A stretch of 63,193 bases of DNA, the filler included, from Sphacelaria rigidula (lineage: Eukaryota): NCBI GenBank assembly GCA_964200075.2. It is 4 parts of 4 records of this genome, joined end to end, with 100 filler letters (N's around TTAATTAATTAA, not from the genome) between each part and the next. Parts side by side here need not be neighbours in the genome. Positions count along the whole stretch, not along the records: positions 1 to 15,728 come from CAXNAA020001623.1; 3 more parts are not named here. One strand, written 5' to 3'. Position numbers and translations under genes: made by a program. Numbering within the stretch: the first letter of the stretch is position 1; every line of letters begins with the position of its first letter. The notes below the pieces were generated by a model, which was not told the DNA's origin, ran no database searches, and saw only the letters and a list, made by a program, of their open reading frames with translations. Shown here piece by piece: positions 1 to 11,199 of this stretch.

Positions 1-1352
1 CGGTCGGCTGGTCACCGTGGTGTGGCGCCGACTCTGTTTCGTTTGAAAGAATACTGTGTGTGTCCTCACATGGATTCCCACGTTCGCGAGTTCATTCGCC
101 AGTGTTTGCATTGCGTAGACACTCGTGCTGGTGAAAGTGTGTACCGTGTCCGTATGGCGATACTGTGCATGGTACTGCGCCAGGTGAAAGTTGTTGGCTT
201 TGATTTTCTGTACGTCGAGAATATCTGACCTGAAGGTGCTAATGGTCTGCCTGAGCAGGATGGTTTTCGGTACGTTTTGGTTATCATGGATGATTTGTCC
301 AATTTCGTTTGCTTGGAGCCGACCGAGGCTTGTACCGCCGAGGTTACGGCTAAGTACTTGCTCCATCGGTGCCAGACTTTGGGGGTGCCGGGTGTTTGGG
401 TTAGTGATAGCGCCACGCACTTCAAGAATCGAGTGATCGTGCAGCTGAGCGATGCGCTCAAGGTGCAACATCAATTTGCTGTTGCGTATACCCCTTGGCC
501 GAATGGTGCTTTTGAACGCATGGTGAAAGAGGTTATTCGTGCGTTGCGGTCTATTTTGTCGGAACAGCGACGGCCGATGTCTGAATGGGTTGATTTTTGC
601 CAGCCGCTCAGTGGGCGTTGAATACTTCTTTACGTGAACGATACCGTAACACTCCGTATTGTGTGATGTTTGGGCGTACGCCGCGTACAGCGTTTTCCGC
701 GCTGGCTTCTGTCACTGGCGGCGAGTGGAACGTCGATGTCACGGATGCTGATTCGTTGCGTGACATGGTGCAGGGCGTGGTTGATGAGCAAGTGCGGTTT
801 TGTAACGAAGTGCCAGCTGCTGTCACGGTGTCTCGCGAAACCAAACGCAAGCTTGCTCAGGGCCAGGCTGTGTTGTCCGAGTTTGTAGTTGGCGATTTCG
901 TATTGTATGCCAGTGCTCGGAGGCAAGGTGTGACGCCAAAGTTGATGTCCACGTGGACAGGTCCGTGGCGAGTGGTCGGAGCCGATCACGCTCACGTGTA
1001 TTCGGTGCAAAACATTGTTTCTGGCGCCGTTCACTCGGCTCATGTCGCTCGTTTACGTTTCCATGCTGACTCGCAGTTGCAGATCACTTCGGAACTAAAA
1101 AATGTGCTTCAGCATTTGTATGCTCAAGGTGAATGTCGGATGAATGCTTTGGTACTCGTCGCTGAGGATGGCAATGGTGATTTCATTGTTTTGGTCGATT
1201 GGGACGGGTTCGGTGCTAAAAGACTTACGTGGGAGTCTCTTCGCAAGATTCATTTTTCTGTGCCTAAATTTGTTTTGAAGGAACTGCGTCAAATGTGGTT
1301 GACTCGGGCGCTGACCAATAGATCAGCGTCGGAGTATGGTATTTCTTTGTGA
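1..1352 (+). mobile_element. Ty3/gypsy LTR retrotransposon pol 3' end: integrase plus chromodomain, disrupted by frameshifts and stops
   Basis: Consecutive ORFs give the HHCC finger (GHRGV...CLHC), a DD35E core (GFDFL / VSDSATHF / NGAFERM), a GPY/F motif (WTGPWRV) and a chromodomain-like tail (FIVLVDWDGF...LTWE). The frame is broken near 130-230 and 597. Confidence 0.92.
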
Positions 1353-1430
1353 TCTGGCGCGTACGATTTCGCCTTGGTTTTTTTTGGTTGTCAAGCTCGT
1401 TCGTTTGTCTTGAACTCGCTTTGAGGGGGC

Positions 1431-1688
1431 TGTAGCCAGATGATCCCAAGCCGTGGGTTTCAGTATGATCGCATGCATAATTGCAGCAGTGGCGGGGGAC
1501 ACGGGATCCTGAATTGATGGCCCTCATCTGTGTGGGCCCTTGCTGTCTAGCTTTTGATGTGGTCTGTTGACGATCACGGCGTGATAATAACAAGTGGGGA
1601 GAAAGGACTTGTCGAGCACGAGGCGAGTGCTACTAAAGGAGTCCCTCGTGGATAGCCCTCTTGGCCAAATCGTCTGGCAGAGGCTACA
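1431..1688 (+). repeat. 3' LTR of the gypsy element (258 bp)
   Basis: Preceded by the purine tract GAGGGGG (1423-1429). Begins TGTAGCC and ends GGCTACA, a 7-bp inverted terminus with TG...CA. Confidence 0.8.
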
Positions 1689-1735
1689 GAGCCCAGGAGA
1701 AAAACAACAAATGGCCTTTGTGAACTTTGTTATTA

Positions 1736-1957
1736 TGTAATGCGTGAGAGGACCGCGTGCTTAGAGGACCCCGAGGTACAATAGTTACAAGCACCCCAGG
1801 ATCGACATTTTTCGAAACCAAACGGACCAGTCCCTGCAGGAACCACGCCCCTGACCGTAACCCCAACACTTACCCTAGCCCTAACCCTAGCCCTAACCAT
1901 AGGGATGTTCAAATTAAGACACGGTCCTCTACGCACGCGGTCCTCTCACGCATTACA
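1736..1957 (+). mobile_element. MITE family A copy 1 (TGT termini, 35-bp TIR, internal telomere-like repeats)
   Basis: TIR TGTAATGCGTGAGAGGACCGCGTGCTTAGAGGACC matches the right end with 1 mismatch. Internal CCCTAG/CCCTAA repeats. Flanks ATTA/ATTG. Confidence 0.85.
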
Positions 1958-2100
1958 ATTGCACTTGTGCGCGGAAAGTAAGAAATTGACTAATTAATAT
2001 AACTGGCTCGGCGATAGGAATAAGAAACGAACCTCGTCGCAAGAAAGAGCTTCTGAGGTATTGTCGCCACCTGTAGTGTCCGCGTGAGCAGGTATCTCAC

Positions 2101-2324
2101 CTGATAGGCGTTCCGTCTGAATCGATCGGTCCGAGGAAGTTGTATGCACCAAGTTCGTAGTAAGGAGTGTCGATGTTCCGCTTGGGCTTCACGGTGTAGG
2201 CCACCTTGGGGCGACCGCAGATCAACTGTCCGTTGCAAGAGCTGTAGACCGTGGGGTCGATGGCCCAGAATGTGTCGCCGGACTCTGTCAGTGACGGCGA
2301 GCAGAGAGTGTTCTTGTTAAAGTA
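2101..2324 (-). CDS. Exon 5 of the Cys-rich protein gene (YFNKNTLCSP...DGTPI)
   Basis: tccag acceptor and AG|gtgaga donor; 224 nt open with C/G-ending codon bias. Confidence 0.75.
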
Positions 2325-5300
2325 CTGGATATCGCAGATAATGATCGCGCTTCTCCGTCCCCCCTAGGAACACTGGTGATCAACTTTTAGCGAATGCCGA
2401 TGTATCACCCCGCAGAATCATGATGCCAGAATATCTACAGCAGGTGTACAAAGCTGTACTGGTACGTTTCCGGGAGTACTCGTCGCACGTAGTTAACGGT
2501 GATCTGTTCCGCGGGATGACGTTTCATTTACCCCCCCCTCCCCCGCCCCCTTATAATGGAACGGCTCACCTCCACTGCTATCGCCGTCACTCATATGTCT
2601 CTCCTGCCAAGATTCGTCCTGTCACATAACAGATTGGTACGCGGGGTGTACATGAGGCAAATATGTTGAGCGATGGAAAACCTCCCGTTGACAACCCGAG
2701 TTTGTTTCCGTTATCCACAACAGCATGATGACTGAGCGCAAGGTTTGAATTTTGGATCGCATCGTACAGTGTAATGCGTGAGAGAACCGCGTGCTTAGAG
2801 GACCGCGCTGTATTTCAAAACACCTCAGGATCGGCGTTTTTCGAAACCAATTGGACCAGCCCCTGCAAGTACCACGCCCCTGACCATAACCCTAACACTA
2901 ACCCTAACCCTAACCCTAACCATGGGGAGATTCAAATTCCGATGCGGTCCTCTAAGCACGTGGTCCTCTCACGCACTACAACAGAACGAGCAGGGGCGAC
3001 GACAAACACATGAGGGACATGGGCACCACACTACAACTCACCCCACATTATAACTCACCCCTCGATGACAACGCGTTTTGTCGGTATATGTGATGTTCAC
3101 AATGTTGACGCGAGAGCTTGAAAACGCATATTGTACTGTGCTTTCTTTCTGTGGCAAGGCTAGGCTAACCCACCCCCTCCTCGGGACGGCCTTGCCCGTA
3201 CAATCGTACGTCTTCCCTGCAACTGGCCTTGCTCACAATTACCGACTTTCACCTAGTAGTTAGCTTCACCGACCGGCGTTTCTTCACTTTCTCGGACGAC
3301 GGAAACCAGAAAAGGGACAAATTACGGCGGGGATCCGACTACGCGAACTCCAAAATCAAAATCAGTAATATACGAGTGTGACCATCGGGAATAATGGCGG
3401 ACGAGGCAACTCAAGCCCCCGCCGGAGGACGCCGAGTAAGTTCGTGGTGATTGTCGTCTCAAACAAGATCGGCTTACAAGCTATGAGAGACTGAAGGAAC
3501 AATCACGTATATTGACCGCTCGCCCTTTCGTCAAAGACAAAACGTCAGAGATGCGTAAAGGAAACAAGTAGACAACATCGTGACGCACATGCAGCTCCAG
3601 CGATAAAGCGACAGGAAAAACTGCACGTACACATATGTGGCCTCACTGACACTGGCCACGACTGCATCAAGATCCAACAACACAGGCAAACAGCAAACGG
3701 GTAGACAACAAACGGAGGTGGACTCTGCATCACCGAAAGTTTGGAAAAACTGCAAAATACGACAGTCCGAGGGTGGCTCATTCTCTCTCTGCACCTTCTA
3801 CATATATATCACGGCGGTGTTTGTATGTAGCTTATTGGCTCACAGAGCTCACCATGCCGGTGACGCAGACACACTCCTTTGTAAGGCCGTCCACAGGGTC
3901 GAAGAAGTGCTCGTCCCCGCCTAAGGGGCAATCATAATCACCTGTCTTGGCCTCTTCTATCATCACTGTCTCCGTGTACTGATGGTTTATAAAATTATAA
4001 GCAGTGATGCGGATACCGACCGGTTCGAGAGCGAGCGGAAAATTTGTATCAACAACCGTAGATACAACACGAGTCAAGGCAATATGAGAGCATGCTATAA
4101 TAATGGACATCCGCTGAATGGGGCATGAAAACCGTAAGTTCGGTCCCGGGTACGGCTAACGGCACGATGTTGGTTTATCACAAGACGCAGGGACGAGTAG
4201 AAACAAGGGCTAAGCAGGACAAGGTCGAGGGTAAATGGCGACAGGACTGAAGTGACGGCAAATGGTGCATACGAAGTATATACATGTACTAAGCGTATTT
4301 TCTTAGGACTACCCCCGTCCGCCGTCCGAGAAAAGAACTAAAAGCAACCAGACGCCACAGGAACGTGTGGGAGAGAGTAACATCGCCTACAGACTAGTCT
4401 GCGTTTTTGTCCGCGATGATCAACACACAGACTAGCTTGTGGACCATGCCGACAGCCTTGGAGAAACAAACTGCACCCTGTAGCTGCTGAATTGTACCCT
4501 GTGTGTGTGTGTTGTCATCCGATCCATTCTGGACGCCAGTCTTCACCTTTCGGTATATTCGGGCGCACCAGCCAGGGTCACACAGGAGGGAGACCAACAC
4601 AGGAGTGTTTTTTCCTTGTTTTGACTCTTCAACTTCGTTCTGCGGTGCTTGCCTACTAATTTTTATCGCGAAAGGAGTTCAGCACTCCCTTTCCATCGTC
4701 GACCGTGAAGTCGAATTTTTGTGTACGCACGGCACTGCCCCTCTCTACTGTTGGGCACTGTGTGAGAAGAAATCTCAGATCGTGCGACCTGACCGAGATT
4801 CGAACCCACGATTTAACCATCAGAAGGTATCGATGTTGCCAACGGTTCCACCGGGGCGACCGACACTGTACTGGGATCAAAACGCAGCCCTGTAGCTGCA
4901 GAGTTTTACCCGATGTTGGGGCACTGTAACGGAGGTCATGCTGATGGAAATAGGACACGTGTGGGTGAGAACCAGATCCGGCTGAGGGGAGCTCGCGGTC
5001 GACGAGGGGTGGGAAGGCTGCACTCTCACCACAAGACCGAAACTGAAGGAATGTACCATGACCGCGATGTGTCCAGGAAACATCGGGGAAAAACAAAGAA
5101 AAAATATCGCGCGTGATCCCTTTCTCTCTCTCCATCTCTCCATGACTGTGATTCATTCCTCCCGGTGTATTCAAGTTGCAGGTTGGTGCTTCGCGTCCGA
5201 AGGGCTCATGGGTAAGAGCTTATACCCGAAGTAGTATGGCCGGAAGAGATGAGCTGCCATCTGTTCCCACGGCTTTTTGTTATTATTTTCGTTCGAATCT

Positions 5301-8300
5301 ATGCACACGCTGGACATCAGAATACACAGTCAACACGTGTCCTGCGTAACAGTATCGATTATTTCGCCTATTGCAACGGACAATAGCTCCCATACTGTAC
5401 TCAGTACATTTTTTTACAATAGAAACTCTTGTCCAGGGTGTGCATGTATTTGCATGTGCCTTTGCGCAAGACCGTTTCAGAGGCCGGTGATCCCTAGTTC
5501 TCGATTTAGTCCACTCTTGTCTGTTTCAGCTTGCTATCTCTTCACTTTTCTTCAGCGTGTGATTCTGTTTCGTTCATCTCGGGTACGTTTGTCTTGTGGA
5601 TACTAACCACGGCTGGATCATGACTACTTGGGAGATCAGCTTATGTGCAACGATCAATCAATCGATCAAGTTGTCAACAATTGTTGTTGTATGAGTCATC
5701 CTACGGCACGGATTGGCGGGGGGGGAAGGGAGCGGGGGTTCGGACTCTTCCTCTACGAAAACAGCGACGGTTGTTCAAACGCGCTTGTTACCGATAAATA
5801 TATATCGGTCATTCCTACTACTTGGCACCGTTCTCACCCAAATACAAGCGCACCATAGGTGTGCTACGTCGTCTAAGATACCCATGAGCCATTTTTTTCA
5901 ATCAAACACCCCCTCTCCCCCATCGTAGGTAGGGTCACATGTTTTTCCGCACGTCCTGGGTCCCGTCTTGAAGATGAAAAAAAAACGCACGGTGAGATTT
6001 AGAACGATTCTAGCGTTTTGGGGGGAGGGAAGGGGGCGGGGGGGGGTTATATACGATTAGTTGAGGCTGATGCTCCATTTGAATAACCCCGGAAGTCACT
6101 CCCACCAAATTTCATCATTTGAGAAATGAAAAAGTGATAACAGAGGACCAAGCAACGAGAACGCGCAAGGGAGCGCCAAACGGTTACCACTTTTGAGCTG
6201 CTTGGCTCATCATGGGATGCACAACTGGCGTCACAACAGCAGTTGACACTGTTTGCGTGTGGTTACGTTCTCATTACATCTTGTTTTTTGCTTTGGCTCC
6301 AGGTAATTCGTCGTGATCATGAGGTTTCAAACCGTCACAATCATTCTCGTTATCACGGCGTACTCTTCTCGTGTTTTTCATCAGGTCAAACAACTGGACA
6401 ATAAGACTGACCACAAGACTGGCTACATATTACCCGGAAAATCTAGCCGTGGACGTATTTTACTCGGGATTTGTTTTTCTTCAGTTTCCCCCCCCCTAAA
6501 AAGCCGAGCACTTCAATAAAAAAAAAACTGTAAACAATGAACCTTGAGCGAAATAAGTCCATCTGCTCGGAATGTAGATAAAAACGGAATATATTTTGAG
6601 ATGATAAATTCAAGCGAGATGGGTTGTTCTGTGGTTGCATTTTACCGCTTACCGCACCACTGATGCCGAAGGAGACCCATCCCTCCTCACACGTGCAGGG
6701 ACTGATGGATGAAGACAATGTAAAGCGCACGATGGTTCAACGACAATGGGGGGAAGAGGGAGAAATATGTTCATTAGTCATAGATGAATTCGCAACAGTG
6801 CTATGCAAGGTTATCAATTCGATGGTTCACACAAATCGATCCAACACCTGTGTTGAACAGAATGTCGTCCACGGATAATGTCTTCGTGTACACGACTTAC
6901 TGTGCGCCTCAGGGACGCCGATTGCTTCGTGCACGGACAGGAACTTTTGTAAGCCGGTAAACGCACTACAGCTTCATAAGGGTTGAGGGTATGAAGGGGG
7001 TCCCGCCTATCGTGGGTGTTCGTGGCTACATTGTTGGTGCGATAAAATATCCCTCGTCATAGGCGAGGTGACACGTACGAAACGTTTGGTACCAACCAAT
7101 AATCACTACAACGCCTAGCGACGACCATGGCTTTATATCTTGCCTGACGCATCGAAGGGGACACGATTTGTACGTCTGAACTACGCTTTGAGACGTTTGC
7201 TGCGCCAACTGCCAACACAAGAACTTCAAGTGCAACAGAGCGCGTAGCAGGCACGCGAGCAGGTATTGAAAGGGAAAATCCGACCACGGCACTGATGTAG
7301 ACACGGTGAGGCGCTGCGCTGCATACCAGAATGGTCAACACTTACCCTTCTCCTTCGAGGGCACATGTTGTCATGTCGAAGTTGTCCTCTGGCAGGTCGC
7401 CCGCAGCGGCTTTCTGCATGACCAGACAAAGGGGCGTGATACGCAAGGGGGGTGTATGAATGAGACGAATTCAAAGAGATGTACTGCCGCACTATGCGGG
7501 CAATCATATGTAACGCATTGGAATATGTTGTGGCAATATTCCGACTGTTCGGGGAAGGTTTTACCCATACGGCAAGCGTCCGAGCCAGCGGGTACGGCGG
7601 TGTTTGCTACAGAAATATTCATCCTGAGTAGGATAGGAGTTTACTCCAGCACATGTATATAGTACTGTGCGCACATTTCCGGTTAGTTGAACCAGACTCG
7701 GGGTCATGTGAGCATTATTTTCCCCACATGCGTTCATATGTTACCTCGTGAGCTAGAGCGGTTCAGCAGATTTCAAGTAGAGGTCGTACCGAAACGACAC
7801 CATTTACCAATACTCTCGACACAAACTCTTTGACTCTCCCACATCATTTGGGAAACCTATGGCGTATATTGTAAGGTTTCAATATATTCATTAGCTTGAT
7901 GTGGGAAGGACGATGGCCGTACACGTGCAGTTTTGAAACGAGCCGGTACGCTCGCTTTTACCGCTCTTGCTCATCTAAAAACATTGACGGCGTGGTGCTC
8001 TGGTGCGGATAACAGTCATGCCGAGCGAGGAGACGGTTATACCACCAGTTTCGACTTCGGAGGGGCCTTTCTCCAATCCAGTAACTTGCACGTATCAACG
8101 GTGCCGTTATGCGATTCACTAGTGTCTTATTTGCTGCTTTTGATGGATCGGGGAATACTACACATTCTATCGTGCTCGTTGAGCCCACGCTCAACGTCAA
8201 GAGCATGCGCACTAAACGGGTACTGCCATTAGCACATAAACAACCCAAGGATGAGCAGTAGCAAATAAAAAGAGCGACGACCCTTCACACGGTGCTACGC

Positions 8301-9028
8301 CCTTGCTCGAAAACGTTGGGTAGCGGTAAACCCCCTAAACCCTTCGGTGAATACTCGGGTCTACACAAGTGAAACTAGCAAACACCCTTGCGTCAATCGT
8401 CAGCGACTGATGGGTCGTGGAAACCACTTAAAAACAAGCCAAAAATATTGCCGCACGAAACGTTTGTGAATCTCGCGATAGTGAAGAGCGCTGTGGGTCA
8501 GTACGGTTGTGCGCAGTCTACGCAGAAACTCGACGGTTGAGCGTTAGCTTGGGTATGGATAGGATAGAGGTTAGCTCGTCACGTTCAAGGTTAGTAGCTT
8601 GGAAGGGTTCACAGTCTCAAATGCTCGCTCAGCGAGCAGGGGTGAAGCCACGTCCTCTGAGTGCTTCAATCAAACAAGGCATGGAGATACTGTGGAACAG
8701 GAGGAGGAGTTGACGCTGTGCATAACCCGTTGGGAGGAGGGATGAAATCATCAACACGGCAATGCATCCGGGCAGCTATCATATTTATAGCGAAGTTTAC
8801 GCAAGAGACCGCACTGAGAAGCAACAGTACTCGGTGGCGCATAGTTGTATGACTACTGGAGTCGCGATATACAGTAGTAATGCTTCAGTTGCATATGCCA
8901 TTGCTGACCTTGAGGGTGCGGTAGCTGCACTCGTTGGCACGAACATATGTCGCTCCCCCACCAGTCAGTATACTGCCGAGGACGATTTTCCCCGCCGAAA
9001 TCGTCAACAGTATCGAACGGCCCTTCAT
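2101..9028 (-). CDS. Multi-exon gene for a putative secreted Cys-rich protein of unknown function (exons 9028-8909, 7413-7346, 6701-6653, 3978-3853, 2324-2101; continues off the left of the window)
   Basis: All five exons have AG/GT boundaries and compatible phases (0,2,0,0). They splice into an open frame: MKGRSILLTISAGKIVLGSILTGGGATYVRANECSYRTLK-KAAAGDLPEDNFDMTTCALEGEG-PCTCEEGWVSFGISGA-YTETVMIEEAKTGDYDCPLGGDEHFFDPVDGLTKECVCVTGM-YFNKNTLCSPSLTESGDTFWAIDPTVYSSCNGQLICGRPKVAYTVKPKRNIDTPYYELGAYNFLGPIDSDGTPI. The first exon is the least certain. Confidence 0.7.
2770..2980 (+). mobile_element. MITE family A copy 2
   Basis: Same TIRs, internal (CCCTAA)n at about 2890-2921, and a perfect 4-bp TSD ACAG on both sides. 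Confidence 0.88.
3853..3978 (-). CDS. Exon 4 of the Cys-rich protein gene (YTETVMIEE...ECVCVTGM)
   Basis: catcag acceptor and ATG|gtgagc donor; 126 nt, phase 0/0. Confidence 0.75.
4500..4864 (-). mobile_element. tRNA-derived SINE, near full length, with (CA)n tail
   Basis: On the minus strand the head reads GTCGGTCGCCCCGGTGG... with a B-box-like GGTTCGAATC. Body shared with 23161-23290 and 53178-53560. The 3' end is CA repeats. Confidence 0.75.
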
Positions 9029-11199
9029 GCTACTGTTGTTGTTGCTCGATCTTGCGAAGCGTCGTCGGCTTTGGTGATATCTGTAGTTGCAGATTGCTGA
9101 TGGCGTAGCGACGGGTTGCTGTTCTTCGGCAGGAAAAGTGGATGGTCCCAAGGTATTTTCCGATTCTATTGTGTAGGTTTGTGAAGTAGGGATCCTGTGC
9201 GACTGAATGGGGGTGGGCGCGTGGCGTCGGCAGCAGATTGTGGTCGGGAACAATCTTCGGCGCGATTTGTTTCAGCGCTGCGATCGATTCAGCGGTCGAC
9301 CTGACTTGTTTCTTGCTGTTACGGGGAACTCCCTCGGGATAGATTCAGAATGTGGGCCAGATTGATTTCGTGGGTAAGGAATGTACTGGCAGGCTCATGG
9401 CACGCGGGTACAATGTAGCACGATAAAATACGGAATATAGTGCCCACGATAGTCATCCGTCGATATCAAATCTTCAGGTCGATGTGATACACGCACACAA
9501 GTTGGCATGGGCATGAACGTAAGTGTTGATCTCGCGAAATCACCGTCGGGATGGGCCTATTTTGGCACGCGATTTTAGCGCAAAATTCTTCGTCATGGTC
9601 GTTTGAGCGAAGTGCTCTACAGCTCGATATCACTATACAGATTACGGGTTGTGGCAATCGTTTCCGGGCCTTGCGTTCTCGGCCACTGTACTGTTGTGGT
9701 ATGGACGCACATACTTGTTTCGTTCATAAAGGCCGTTGGGATCTTCCCCACCCATTTCGGGGTGTGCCGACATATGCTAGGGTCTTCCATGCATTGGTGA
9801 CAGATAGAATCGAGAGAGTTGCTCCTGAAAATCACGCGCTGCACGATACCCGGCAGGCAATATCCTGGTAATATCAACAAGCGCCTTCCTCATCTTAAGT
9901 GGCACATCAACTGTCGTTTCGAATCTCAGCACACACTAGACAGCGCAGCAGTACCAAAAAAGGAGGAGCAGCGTGGATACACACACGGATCGAGCACGAT
10001 TCAGCGCACAAGAAGGCAGTAAGGCTCAGACCGTAAATACGAAAATACCGTATCAATAATGAAAAAGAACTTGTAGCGAAGTGATCGCAGCTCGGCACGA
10101 TGTAGTATCAACCAGTATGCTGGAGAGAGCCAGACGTATCCAGTCAGCAGTGCTTCAAAAGGAGCCAGGTAAATGCTTGCTGTACAAACTACCGATAGGT
10201 TCGGTCTCCCATGTATTCTGGAAGCGAAAGCATGCCTAACTGCAGCACCCGAGAGTTCCCCGCTTGTTCTTCCGTAGTATAAATTAACCCGTTGAATGCG
10301 GGCTCATCATTCGAAAAAAATGTTGCTTGTTGAGAGCTGGGAGGAATGTTTGGGTATGGGTATGGGGAGCGCTGGCTTTCTGGTAGACATGTGTATGTCA
10401 GATGGAGAATCGGAAAGCGCACTGTCAATAAGATACACCTTCCATACGTTCATCATGACACTGTTGTTCTAGTATTGTGTTGCTTCAGCGTGGGCACCAC
10501 AAGGTCCCCCGAGTTTCAGCTTTACTTCTTTTCAGGCGGTCTTGTAACCTAGGAGCTACATGCAGCAAGCGTTCCCCTGTCAGATATATGATAGTGCTGT
10601 ACAAACGTGTACTGTATTATACTGGACTGGACTGACTACCTCAAAAGAGGCTCCCAGTCTCGCTCACCGTCTTGAAAGTGCAGCGTGAAATGCGGCGCAA
10701 TACGTGCCTCTTCACACCATAAGCTCAGGACAGTCCTGCGCCAAATAAAAAAAACAATCACGTACCGGCATGCTCGCGTAGGAGAATCATTTGATAAGCT
10801 TCAGCTAATATCACCCGCACAGTAGACACAGTTCACGCGAGCGGCGGGCCCGACACATTGGAGTACCGGCCCAGCGTGCGGCGCCGGTGGAAAGATTTGC
10901 TCAAGGCGGGATCGTTGGAGTGGATTGCTGGCTGGAAAGGTGATGATTTCCCGCGTGGGGTGGTCTGAATAGTGTTGCTCTTCATTAGTGCAGTGTGGGC
11001 ACAATGCAACGCCGGTAGGTGGCGGCCACGCTCAGGGCAGCCAGCCAAAAGGATGCGTGTCGCGTAGTGCATAATTTATGCAATCCATGTGAAAAGGAAT
11101 CAGGTAATTTGCTTCTGTCAGCAAATTCAACGACGCGATTCGGTGCATGGATGCCGTGTACAGCTAATTGCGCCGACTTCAAATAACTCGTCATAAATT

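Noticed and set aside
1595..1607. Alternative polypurine tract for the gypsy LTR
   Set aside because: It falls inside the TGTAGCC...GGCTACA-bounded LTR; the tract at 1423-1429 fits better.
2890..2921. True telomere or chromosome end
   Set aside because: Only a few hexamers, located inside a TIR element.
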